From Minisyncoccota bacterium (GTDB lineage: Bacteria; Patescibacteriota; Minisyncoccia; Phycocordibacterales; UBA12079), in the NCBI GenBank assembly GCA_023129575.1, contig JAGMBS010000005.1, positions 1-51,395 on the forward strand: 51,395 nt of DNA, written 5' to 3'. The notes below the pieces were generated by a model. That model was not told where the DNA came from. It was given only the letters and a program-made list of their open reading frames with translations, and ran no database searches. Each line of letters starts with the position of its first letter. The stretch's first letter is position 1. Below, in pieces: positions 38,245 through 46,715 of the stretch. A program made the position numbers and the translations under genes.

Positions 38245-38709
38245 ATGTTAAATATAAAACAAAATTCAGGAAGATCCTTTTTGGTTATAGGAATAGGATT
38301 GGCGGTGTTTATTTGTTTTATTCTTTTCTGTTTTTTTCAAGTTCAAAATAAGAATAAAACAAACGGTATTTTGAACGAAGATGTTACGCCGGAACCGACG
38401 AATGTCCCCGCCTTGGAAGAGATAGCCAGAAAAAAAGGGGGAAAATATGTCGCGCCGGCGCCAACGGATGTCCCGACTTTGGAAGAAATAGCGGAAAAAG
38501 AAAGCCGGGAATATGTCGCGCCAAAACCGACTGACACGCTGCCTTTAAAGATATTGGGAGGGGAAGAAAATTCTGTCGCGCCCGCGCCAATTGATGAAGT
38601 GATTATTGATGAACCGACAACTCCGGAGGAGCCGGCAGAATCGACGGACGCTCCTCCTTTGGATGAATCAATGATCCCGGAACCGACCAATATTCCTCCT
38701 TTGGAATAA
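38245..38709 (+). CDS. Single-TM Pro/Glu-rich repeat protein
   Basis: TM helix, then PxPTxVPxLEEIAxKxxxxYVAP repeats. Confidence 0.75.
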   Translation: MLNIKQNSGRSFLVIGIGLAVFICFILFCFFQVQNKNKTNGILNEDVTPEPTNVPALEEIARKKGGKYVAPAPTDVPTLEEIAEKESREYVAPKPTDTLPLKILGGEENSVAPAPIDEVIIDEPTTPEEPAESTDAPPLDESMIPEPTNIPPLE

Positions 38710-38773
38710 TATTAGAATAAATAACGCGGAATATTTTATTATTTTAAGATTATTTAGTTAATTAGTAAAAATT

Positions 38774-39475
38774 ATGCAAAGCGCAAAACAAAACATTCTC
38801 CAAACACTTAAAATCATTGCTCTGGCTTTAATTCTCACCACGGGCTTAAGTATCGCCCTGGCCTGGAACGGTCCCACCGCCGCGCCGCCGGGCAATAATA
38901 CGGACGAACCCCTCAACACCAGCAACAATTGGCAGACAAAATACGGTTATCTCAGCTTGCCGAAACTCATCGACTCCAACGACGGACAAACAGGTTATTA
39001 TTTAGACCCCGGAGCCAATTCCTGGCTCTACCGCCTCTACTCCTATGACATCCGTTCCAGTATTTTTTATGATCAAGATAATACCGATTATTATGTTGAC
39101 CCGGCAAGTACTTCCAAATTCAACACAATTAATTTGGGCGGGGTAAGTCGGAGCAGTTGGCCTGTTGATACAGATACTGATACAAATACATGGAGACCAG
39201 CCCAGACATTGTCTGTTTCCGGGCAGACCTTATCCATAAGCAGTGGTAATTCAGTGGCTTTGCCGAGTGGGCTTTCAATTGTTGAATATTCTGGCACCGG
39301 ATGTGGGAACTGTCCATGCGGTTATTCTCGTATCGGGGGGAGCCGTAGCAATAAATATTGTTATGAAAGTTGTAATGGCCATGTGTGTACCCCCGAGGGA
39401 CATGGCAAGGCTATGTGTTGGCTGGGTGGCGGTAATAATTATGATACGTCATGGGCAATGCACTGCGTTGAATAA
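38774..39475 (+). CDS. Pilus-tip/fibre adhesin-like protein A (constant N-terminus, variable Cys-rich C-terminus)
   Basis: Signal + AWxGPTAAPPGNN..PLN; YYLDP/YYVDPASTS repeats; first ~130 aa shared with 40916..41488. Confidence 0.75.
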   Translation: MQSAKQNILQTLKIIALALILTTGLSIALAWNGPTAAPPGNNTDEPLNTSNNWQTKYGYLSLPKLIDSNDGQTGYYLDPGANSWLYRLYSYDIRSSIFYDQDNTDYYVDPASTSKFNTINLGGVSRSSWPVDTDTDTNTWRPAQTLSVSGQTLSISSGNSVALPSGLSIVEYSGTGCGNCPCGYSRIGGSRSNKYCYESCNGHVCTPEGHGKAMCWLGGGNNYDTSWAMHCVE

Positions 39476-39493
39476 GTAAAAAGAAGAAAAAAG

Positions 39494-39604
39494 AAAAGGG
39501 GTCAGCCACCTTTTATTTTATTTTCGCGCAAATCGTTAAAAACAAAAGCAGGGCGGGCGACGAAGTCGCCCGCCCTTTTGATTTATCCACTTTGTGTATT
39601 TGAC
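39494..39604 (+). repeat. Composite intergenic repeat, copy 1
   Basis: REP aaaaggggtcagccacctttt + cgcaaatcgttaaaaacaaaa + hairpin gggcgggcgacgaagtcgcccgccc + DnaA-like box + tgtatttgac. Confidence 0.85.
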
Positions 39605-39726
39605 AAAATTAGGGGTTTTAATATAATACTGGTATTAGTATCAATTTATGGAGTTGTGCTCCACATATTTATATAATTTGCGTCAGGTGTTTAACGCAGT
39701 TTAATAATAATTATTGCATATCAAAT

Positions 39727-40854
39727 ATGATAAACAGATTATATAATTTGGAAAAATTAATCAAAAAACAAAAAGTTTTGGTTATTTACGGACCGAGAAG
39801 GGTTGGTAAAACGACTTTATTAAATGATTTTTTGTCCAAAACAAAACTGAAATTCAAATTGGACTCGGGGGATAATATTAAAGTTCAGCATATTTTAAAG
39901 TCCCAGGATTTTGCGCGGATATTGGAATATGCCGGCGATTATAAATTAATTGCTCTTGATGAAGCCCAACAAATACCGAATATTGGTATGGGATTAAAGA
40001 TTTTGGTTGATCAAGTCCAAGGTTTATGTATTATCGCCACCGGTTCGGCTTCTTTTGCTTTATCGCAACAAATTGGAGAGCCGTTGACGGGCAGAAAAAA
40101 GACAATTATTTTATACCCGCTTTCGCAAAAAGAATTATTACCTGAATGCAATAATAATAAATTTGAATTAAGACAAAAATTGGAAGAATTTTTGGTGTTT
40201 GGGTCATATCCGGAAGTTATTACCGCTCGAACAAAAGCCAAAAAAATTGATGTTTTGAAAGAATTGGCGGACTCGTATTTATTAAAAGATGTATTCGCTT
40301 TAGAGAAAATAAAAAATTCTGTGGCTTTGTTGAATTTATTAAAATTGGTCGCTTTTCAGATAGGCAGTGAAGTTTCCTTAAATGAATTGGCTACTCAAGT
40401 AAAACTTGATGTAAAAACAGTGGAGAGATATTTGGATATTATGGAAAAAGCGTTTGTTTTAAAAAAAGTTGGCGCTTTTAGCCGTAATTTAAGAAAAGAA
40501 ATATATAGTAAAAATAAATATTATTTTTATGATAATGGAGCGCGGAATGCCGTTATTTCACAATTTAATGATTTAAAAGACAGAAATGATGTCGGAGCAC
40601 TTTGGGAAAATTTTATTGTTATGGAACGGTTGAAAAAACAAGAATATAATCGTATTTATTCTAATAATTATTTTTGGCGAACTTATGACCACAAAGAAAT
40701 TGACTGGGTGGAAGAAAGGGAAGGTAAATTATTCGGTTATGAAATCAAATGGGGAAATAAAAAACACAAGGAGCCGAAGTTGTGGAAAGACACTTATAGT
40801 AATGCGGAGTTTCAAGTGATAAACCAAGATAATTATTTTGATTTTATAATATGA
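39727..40854 (+). CDS. AAA_14 + DUF4143 ATPase
   Basis: GPRRVGKTT, LDEAQ, TGS, LTGR, FGSYP, YFYDNG, ENF, EIDW...EIKW. Confidence 0.93.
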   Translation: MINRLYNLEKLIKKQKVLVIYGPRRVGKTTLLNDFLSKTKLKFKLDSGDNIKVQHILKSQDFARILEYAGDYKLIALDEAQQIPNIGMGLKILVDQVQGLCIIATGSASFALSQQIGEPLTGRKKTIILYPLSQKELLPECNNNKFELRQKLEEFLVFGSYPEVITARTKAKKIDVLKELADSYLLKDVFALEKIKNSVALLNLLKLVAFQIGSEVSLNELATQVKLDVKTVERYLDIMEKAFVLKKVGAFSRNLRKEIYSKNKYYFYDNGARNAVISQFNDLKDRNDVGALWENFIVMERLKKQEYNRIYSNNYFWRTYDHKEIDWVEEREGKLFGYEIKWGNKKHKEPKLWKDTYSNAEFQVINQDNYFDFII

Positions 40855-40915
40855 ATAAAATTTATCCCCACTTATAAAAAGACGACACTCATTTTTTGGT
40901 ATATAATCTAAACAT

Positions 40916-41488
40916 ATGCAAAACACCAAGCAACAAGTTCTCCAAACACTCAAAATCATCGCTCTGGCTTTAATTCTCACCACGGGCTTAAGCATCGCCC
41001 TGGCCTGGAACGGTCCCACCGCCGCGCCGCCGGGCAATAATACGGACGAACCCCTCAACACCAGCAATAATTGGCAGACAAAATACGGTTATCTCAGCTT
41101 GCCGAAACTCATTGACTCCAACGATGGACAAACGGGCTATTACTTAGACCCCGGAGCCAACTCTTGGCTTTATCGTCTCTACTCCTATGACATCCATTCC
41201 AGTATTTTTTATGATCAGGACAATACCAGTTATTATGTTGACCCGGCGAGTACTTCTAAATTCAACACAATTAATTTGGGCGGGGTGAACAGGAGCAGTT
41301 GGCCGGGTGTCGGGACAATAAAAGTTAATTATGGAGATTGTGTATTTGTAAATCATTGTGGTAGTACGCGATATGTAACCTATTGTCCTAGCAATAAAGT
41401 TATGGTTGCCCATGCTCTTTATGGTTCTGTTGGAGACGATGGATGTGGAACTGAATGGATAAAATGCTGTAGTTTGAAAATAGAGTAG
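40916..41488 (+). CDS. Pilus-tip/fibre adhesin-like protein B
   Basis: Near-identical to 38774 up to nt 41304, then an unrelated Cys-rich C-terminus. Confidence 0.75.
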   Translation: MQNTKQQVLQTLKIIALALILTTGLSIALAWNGPTAAPPGNNTDEPLNTSNNWQTKYGYLSLPKLIDSNDGQTGYYLDPGANSWLYRLYSYDIHSSIFYDQDNTSYYVDPASTSKFNTINLGGVNRSSWPGVGTIKVNYGDCVFVNHCGSTRYVTYCPSNKVMVAHALYGSVGDDGCGTEWIKCCSLKIE

Positions 41489-41562
41489 TTGTATGATAAG
41501 AAAAATTGAGTGAAAAAGGGGTCAGCCACTTTTTAATTATTCTTTTGTGATACAATAGCAAA

Positions 41563-41634
41563 ATGCCGCGAGCAATAAGAACAGATATTGGCGATTATGT
41601 TTATCATATATTAAACAGAGGAAAAAGGTGTTAG
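41563..41634 (+). pseudogene. Internally deleted RAYT/IS200-like Y1 transposase remnant between two REPs
   Basis: MPRAIRTDIGDYVYHILNRG-KRC*; REPs at 41514-41533 and 41623-41642; -10 TACAAT at 41551. Confidence 0.7.
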
Positions 41635-41730
41635 CCACTTTTTATTTCCACGCAAATCGTTAAAAACAAAAACAGGGCGGGCGACGAAGTCGCCCGCCCT
41701 TTTGCATTTATTCACAATTTTGTATTTGAC
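41623..41730 (+). repeat. Composite intergenic repeat, copy 2
   Basis: Same architecture as 39494-39604. Confidence 0.85.
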
Positions 41731-41754
41731 TTGGCAAGAATTTTTTAATACCAT

Positions 41755-42255
41755 ATGAGGTATAAAGTTGAATTTATTTTTATGAAAAATAAAAAAATAA
41801 ATCCCGTTAGAGATAAGAAGCCAAAAATTTCCGTAATTTCTAACGGGATAAAAAAAGCCAATTTGCCTTTTGACAAAATGTCTGAAAAAGAAAAAGATTA
41901 TGTCGCTATCATCTTAGAGGAAGTTCGTTCCAATTTTGCCGTGTTTGGGGAAACACTCGGCGGTTTTGGAGATAAACTTGAACTTGTTCGTCAAAAAGGA
42001 GACGCAACTTTTGAAGAAGTCGGCAGAATTAAAGGAGAGATAATTGTAATCAAAGAGGATATAGTTGAAATTAAAGGAGAAATGAAAGAGATGAATAACC
42101 GTCTTGATAGAATTGAGTCGGAAGTTTTATCAATAAGAAGTGAGATTGAAATGTTAAAAATGATTTTAACAAAAAAAGTTGATATTGATTATGTTGAAAA
42201 ATTGGAAATAAGATTAAGAACAGTGGAAAATCATTTAAAATTATCAGTGGTGTGA
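41755..42255 (+). CDS. Coiled-coil hypothetical protein carrying an in-frame 51-bp element
   Basis: Heptad repeats IKGEI..IKEDI..IKGEM; insertion INPVRDKKPKISVISNG at 41797-41847. Confidence 0.8.
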   Translation: MRYKVEFIFMKNKKINPVRDKKPKISVISNGIKKANLPFDKMSEKEKDYVAIILEEVRSNFAVFGETLGGFGDKLELVRQKGDATFEEVGRIKGEIIVIKEDIVEIKGEMKEMNNRLDRIESEVLSIRSEIEMLKMILTKKVDIDYVEKLEIRLRTVENHLKLSVV

Positions 42256-42310
42256 TTTGATTGAAATAAATAAACGGGGTCAGCCACCTTTTATTTCATA
42301 AGATAAAAGT

Positions 42311-42390
42311 AAAAGGGATCAACCGCCTTTTATTTCCACGCAAATCGTTAAAAACAAAAACAGGGCGGGCGACGAAGTCGCCCGTCCTTT
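42311..42390 (+). repeat. Composite intergenic repeat, copy 3 (preceded by an extra REP at 42272-42292)
   Basis: aaaagggatcaaccgcctttt...cgcaaatcgttaaaaacaaaaacagggcgggcgacgaagtcgcccgtcc. Confidence 0.85.
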
Positions 42391-42454
42391 CTTTTTTTGT
42401 GTCGGCTGGTGATAAGTTGGAAAAATTATTTTAATTTTGTTGTATAATATAAGC

Positions 42455-44269
42455 GTGTTTATAGACAAAAATAAAGTCGCGGATTTGATTTTGGAAACGG
42501 GTTTGATAAATCGGGAGGATTTTGATTTGGCGCGCGCGGAAGCGGACAACAAAGGCGTGAGCGTTTGCGATATTTTGGTAAGACAAGGAAAAATGAGCGA
42601 GGACGAACGGCGGGATGTCCAGATGAAAGTTTATGGAGCTTCTTTTGTTAATTTGAGAAAAAGAAAAATCGCAAAAGATATTTTGTTTATTATTCCGGAA
42701 CCGTTAGCGCGCCGTTATGGCGTGATCGCTTTTGAACGAGACGAGAAAAATTTGAAAGTGGCGATTTTGAATTTGGATAATTTGGAAAAAATTGATTTTT
42801 TGAGGAAAAAAGCAGGTCTCAGAATTATTCCGCGCTTGACCGACCGGGCTTCTTTCAGCGGCGCTTTGCTGCGTTACCAAGAATTGTTAAGAGATGAATA
42901 CGGGGCGGCAATTCAAAAAGAATTTTTATCTTTTCAAACAATTTCAGGCGAGTCCTTGGCGGAATTGCCACGGGAGAAACTTTTGGAATTAGCGAGGGAC
43001 AAGCGAATTAATTTTGTGTTTGAATTGCTTTTGAGGCACGCTCTTACGCAGGGCGCTTCCAATATCCATATAGAACCGCGGCGGGATGATACTTTGATAA
43101 GATATCGGATAGGAGGTGTTTTGTATCCGGCGATGGCGTTGCCTAAAAACGCGGCGGTTATTTTAGCGCTGAAAATAAAAGCGCTGTCCGGTCTGGGAAG
43201 AGGCGCGGTTTTGTCCAAGCGAAAAATTGAAGAAGATCCTTTGGAAATCCGCCCAGACGGCCGTTTCCAATTGGGCTTTGACGGAAAAGGGGCCAATTTT
43301 CAGGCGCGCTCAGTTCCTTCTTTTTGGGGCGAGAGAATTGTTTTGAATATCTTGCGGGAAGGCGATTCAGGTTTTTCATTGGAAAATTTGGGATTTCACG
43401 GTCGGGGTTTGGATGTTCCGCGCGCGTTAATGGACAAGAAGGAAAAATTGGTTTTAATCGCCGGGAAAAAACAATCCGGCCGAACGACTACTTTTTACAC
43501 TTTTCTTGATTTGCTGAAAAGTCCCGGCTTAAGTATCGCGACACTGGAAGATTCTATCGGATTTCAGATGCTTGGGATTAGCCAGACGGCGACTAATCCG
43601 GAAATCGGTTTTAATATCTCAAACGGCGTCCGGCGCTTGGCGAAACAAGACATAGATGTTTTGGCGGTGGATGAGATTGACAATTTGAACGCCTTGTCCT
43701 GTTCAATTGACATTGCCAATGAGGATAAATTTGTATTTTCTGTTTTGGAAACGGAAGAGAATTCAACGGCCAAAATAATCGCTAAACTTGGAAGCGCGCA
43801 GTTGAGTTCGCCGTCTATCGCTTTTGGTTTGGGGGCGGTGATTTTGCAAAAATTGCTGCCAAAACTATCTGCCCGGAACAGGCGGGAGCATTATTTGAGC
43901 GTCTCTGAAATAAAAAGATTATCCAAACAAGCCGATTTGGAAAAAGTGATGGACGCGCTGGTGGAAGAGCGGGTTTTGGCGGAAAAAACGCCCTGGTCCA
44001 AAATGCTGTTTTATAAATCAGTAATTGAAAAAGATAATCCGCCCCAAGCAGACGCTTCCTCCTCCGCTAAAGCTACGGAGGACAGGCAAGGGAAAATAAT
44101 GGTGAGCGAGGTTTTGAAAATCAGTCCGATGATAAAAGAATTGATTTTGAAAAACGAAACGGCGGAGAAAATTGAGAGGCAGGCGCGCCAAGAAGGAATG
44201 TTGACTCTAACGGAAGATATGGTTTTCAAAGCGGTTCAGGGCTTAGTATCTTTGGACGAGATTCTTTAG
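42455..44269 (+). CDS. PilB/GspE-family protein with degenerate ATPase motifs (ORF from 42437)
   Basis: MshEN-like N-domain, ASNIHIEP, IRYRIGG, DGRF, GERIVL; Walker A is GKKQSGRTTT. Confidence 0.85.
   Translation: MFIDKNKVADLILETGLINREDFDLARAEADNKGVSVCDILVRQGKMSEDERRDVQMKVYGASFVNLRKRKIAKDILFIIPEPLARRYGVIAFERDEKNLKVAILNLDNLEKIDFLRKKAGLRIIPRLTDRASFSGALLRYQELLRDEYGAAIQKEFLSFQTISGESLAELPREKLLELARDKRINFVFELLLRHALTQGASNIHIEPRRDDTLIRYRIGGVLYPAMALPKNAAVILALKIKALSGLGRGAVLSKRKIEEDPLEIRPDGRFQLGFDGKGANFQARSVPSFWGERIVLNILREGDSGFSLENLGFHGRGLDVPRALMDKKEKLVLIAGKKQSGRTTTFYTFLDLLKSPGLSIATLEDSIGFQMLGISQTATNPEIGFNISNGVRRLAKQDIDVLAVDEIDNLNALSCSIDIANEDKFVFSVLETEENSTAKIIAKLGSAQLSSPSIAFGLGAVILQKLLPKLSARNRREHYLSVSEIKRLSKQADLEKVMDALVEERVLAEKTPWSKMLFYKSVIEKDNPPQADASSSAKATEDRQGKIMVSEVLKISPMIKELILKNETAEKIERQARQEGMLTLTEDMVFKAVQGLVSLDEIL
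44058..44090 (+). repeat. CCTCCGCTAAAGCTACGGAGG element in-frame in the pilB-like gene
   Basis: Encodes SSAKATEDRQ; intergenic copy at 21081-21105. Confidence 0.75.
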
Positions 44270-44385
44270 AAATTTTGAATTTCAAATTTTGAATTTTGAT
44301 TCAAAATTTCAAATTCAAAATTATAATCCATTTTTTGATATTGATTGTTGTTTAGAGTTTAGGTTTTTGGACTTAATATAGAAAT

Positions 44386-45150
44386 ATGCAAAAAAAAGTT
44401 ATTATTGCCAATTGGAAAATGAATCCAAACACTTTGCGCGAGGCGCGGGCGATTTTTTTGGGCATCAGAAAAAAGGTTGCCAAATTGAAAAAAACGCGGG
44501 TAATTATTTGCCCGCCGGCTGTGTATATTGGCGAATTGAAACGAATGCAGAAAGGGACTAAAATTTTAATCGGAACGCAGGACTGTTTTAATCAATGCAA
44601 AGGGGCCTGGACCGGCGCGCTTTCTCCAAAAATGTTAAAGAGTGTCGGCGCCGAGTTTGTTATCGTTGGGCATTCTGAAAAAAGGGCAAGGGGCGAGAGC
44701 GACGAGATTATAAACCAAAAAATGAAATTGGCGCTTAAAAGCGGTTTGAAAACGATTTTGTGCGTTGGTGAAAAAAAGAGAGACGAGGAGGGAGATTATT
44801 TCGGTTTTTTGGAAAAACAACTTTTATCCGCTTTGAACGGAATTGGAAAAAATTTTTCAAAAAAGATTTTAATCGCCTATGAACCGATTTGGGCGGTGGG
44901 CAAGAAAGCGAAGAGAGTTATCACGAACAAAGAACTGCGCCAAGTTTGTATTTTTATCAAAAAGGTCTTGGCGGACAAATACGGCTCCAAAAATTTTGGC
45001 GCCGTGGAAATTTTATACGGCGGCTCGGTGGATTATAAAAACGCGGAAGGTTTAATGCTTGAGAGCGGAATAGACGGATTTTTGGTAGGGCGGGAGAGTT
45101 TGAATATTGAAAAATTCGGGAACCTTTTGGAAGTGGTTGAGAAAAATTAG
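44386..45150 (+). CDS. tpiA: Triosephosphate isomerase
   Basis: ANWKMN, VGHSEKR, AYEPIWAVG, LYGGSV, DGFLVG. Confidence 0.97.
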   Translation: MQKKVIIANWKMNPNTLREARAIFLGIRKKVAKLKKTRVIICPPAVYIGELKRMQKGTKILIGTQDCFNQCKGAWTGALSPKMLKSVGAEFVIVGHSEKRARGESDEIINQKMKLALKSGLKTILCVGEKKRDEEGDYFGFLEKQLLSALNGIGKNFSKKILIAYEPIWAVGKKAKRVITNKELRQVCIFIKKVLADKYGSKNFGAVEILYGGSVDYKNAEGLMLESGIDGFLVGRESLNIEKFGNLLEVVEKN

Positions 45151-45418
45151 AGTTTGAAAAAACTCTCCACAAGTTTTCCCCAAACAGAACACAATATTTT
45201 TTTCTCCCTGCGGGTCTGAAAAAAATTTGTTCCTTCTCGCCCTCGCTCAATGATTTTGGAAAAGCCAAAATCTCTATCTTTGCTCGGGCTCCGAAAGTCT
45301 GTTTGGTGAAACTTGTTTCGGGTTTTTCCATCGTAAATTATTCGCCTGCGGAGTCTGCCAAATAGTGTTTTTTTGTTTTTTTACGAAAATAAAACTAAAA
45401 AGTGATATAATTTTTTCT

Positions 45419-46546
45419 ATGAAAATAATTACGGGTCAAAAAGGAAAATTAAAAGGTTTGAAAGTTTTGTTGAGATTGGATTTGAATGTGCCGCTTGAAG
45501 ACGGGAGGATGAGAGATAATTTTAAAATTGAAAAAATCATCACGACAATCGGTTTTTTGAAAAGAGAGGGAGCGAAAATAATAATTTTAAGCCATATCGG
45601 GCGGAGCGGTTTGGATAGTTTGGCGCCGGTTTGCGAGTATCTCAAAAAGTTTTTCGCGGTTGATTTCGCGGGCGATATTTTTAACGATAACGCGGAGGAG
45701 GTTGTCGCAAAAATGCGCGTCGGCGAGATTATTATGCTTGAAAATCTTCGCCAATACGAGAGCGAAAAAAATAACGAGTTGAGATTTGCCGAAAAATTAG
45801 CGTCTTTGGGCGATCTTTATGTCAATGACGCTTTTGCCGTTTCCCACCGGCCACATGCTTCTATTGTTGGTTTGCCAAAATTGCTGGACAGTTATTTCGG
45901 GCCTCTTTTTGAACGGGAGCTTGAAGAATTAAAAAGAATATCTTTATCCGCCCGCCCCCGCTTATTTGTTTTGGGCGGAGATAAATCTAAAACCAAAATG
46001 TCTTTCGCGCGCAAGTTTTTGGAGATGGCCGATTTTGTTTTTGTGGGCGGGGCCTTGGCGAATGATTTTTTTAGGTCGCGGGGTTTTGAGACGGGACAGT
46101 CGCTTGTCTCCGCTGAAGATTTTGATTTTGAGGATTTGTTGGAAAATGGGAGGATTATTTTGCCGGTTGATGTGGTTGTGGAAAATGGGAAAGGTGTTCA
46201 AACAAAAAAACCCAACGAGGTTTTGCCGGACGAAAGAATTGCGGACGCCGGACCGGAAACGGTTTTGCGATTAAAAAAAATGATTGGCAATTCAAAATTT
46301 GTTTTATGGAACGGACCTTTAGGAGATTATCCGCGGGGTTTTTCAGACGCCACTTTTGAATTTATTCGGGCCTTGGCCGAAGGCAGAGCCGAAGTTATCG
46401 CCGGAGGAGGAGACACGGAACATTGCATTTCTAAATTGGGCTTGGAAGAAAAATTTGATTTTATTTCCACCGGCGGCGGCGCGCTGCTGGAATTTGTCGC
46501 GACTGGAACGCTGGCGGGAATTAAAGCATTGCAAGGTAAAATGTAA
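45419..46546 (+). CDS. pgk: Phosphoglycerate kinase (ORF from 45365)
   Basis: RLDLNVP, LSHIGR, LENLR, VNDAFAVSHR, WNGPLG, GGGDT, STGGGALLEF. Confidence 0.97.
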   Translation: MKIITGQKGKLKGLKVLLRLDLNVPLEDGRMRDNFKIEKIITTIGFLKREGAKIIILSHIGRSGLDSLAPVCEYLKKFFAVDFAGDIFNDNAEEVVAKMRVGEIIMLENLRQYESEKNNELRFAEKLASLGDLYVNDAFAVSHRPHASIVGLPKLLDSYFGPLFERELEELKRISLSARPRLFVLGGDKSKTKMSFARKFLEMADFVFVGGALANDFFRSRGFETGQSLVSAEDFDFEDLLENGRIILPVDVVVENGKGVQTKKPNEVLPDERIADAGPETVLRLKKMIGNSKFVLWNGPLGDYPRGFSDATFEFIRALAEGRAEVIAGGGDTEHCISKLGLEEKFDFISTGGGALLEFVATGTLAGIKALQGKM

Positions 46547-46715
46547 AAATGAAAAAGTAAAAAGATTTTTTAAACTATAGATTTTCTAAATTTTTTCAGT
46601 TTCATCTTCTTTATATTCTTTTTGAGAAGCGATAAAAAATAAAAAACCCGCTTTGGTTTTGGAAAACCAAAGCGAGTTTTGCGGATACAAAAACCTTTAT
46701 TCTGTATCCGCTTTT

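Noticed and set aside
38774-41304. The duplicated region as a DGR TR/VR pair
   Set aside because: Differences are mostly synonymous C/T changes rather than adenine-specific ones, and both copies are 5' coding regions.
39494-42390. CRISPR array
   Set aside because: Repeats are separated by whole genes, not 30-40-nt spacers, and there are no cas genes.
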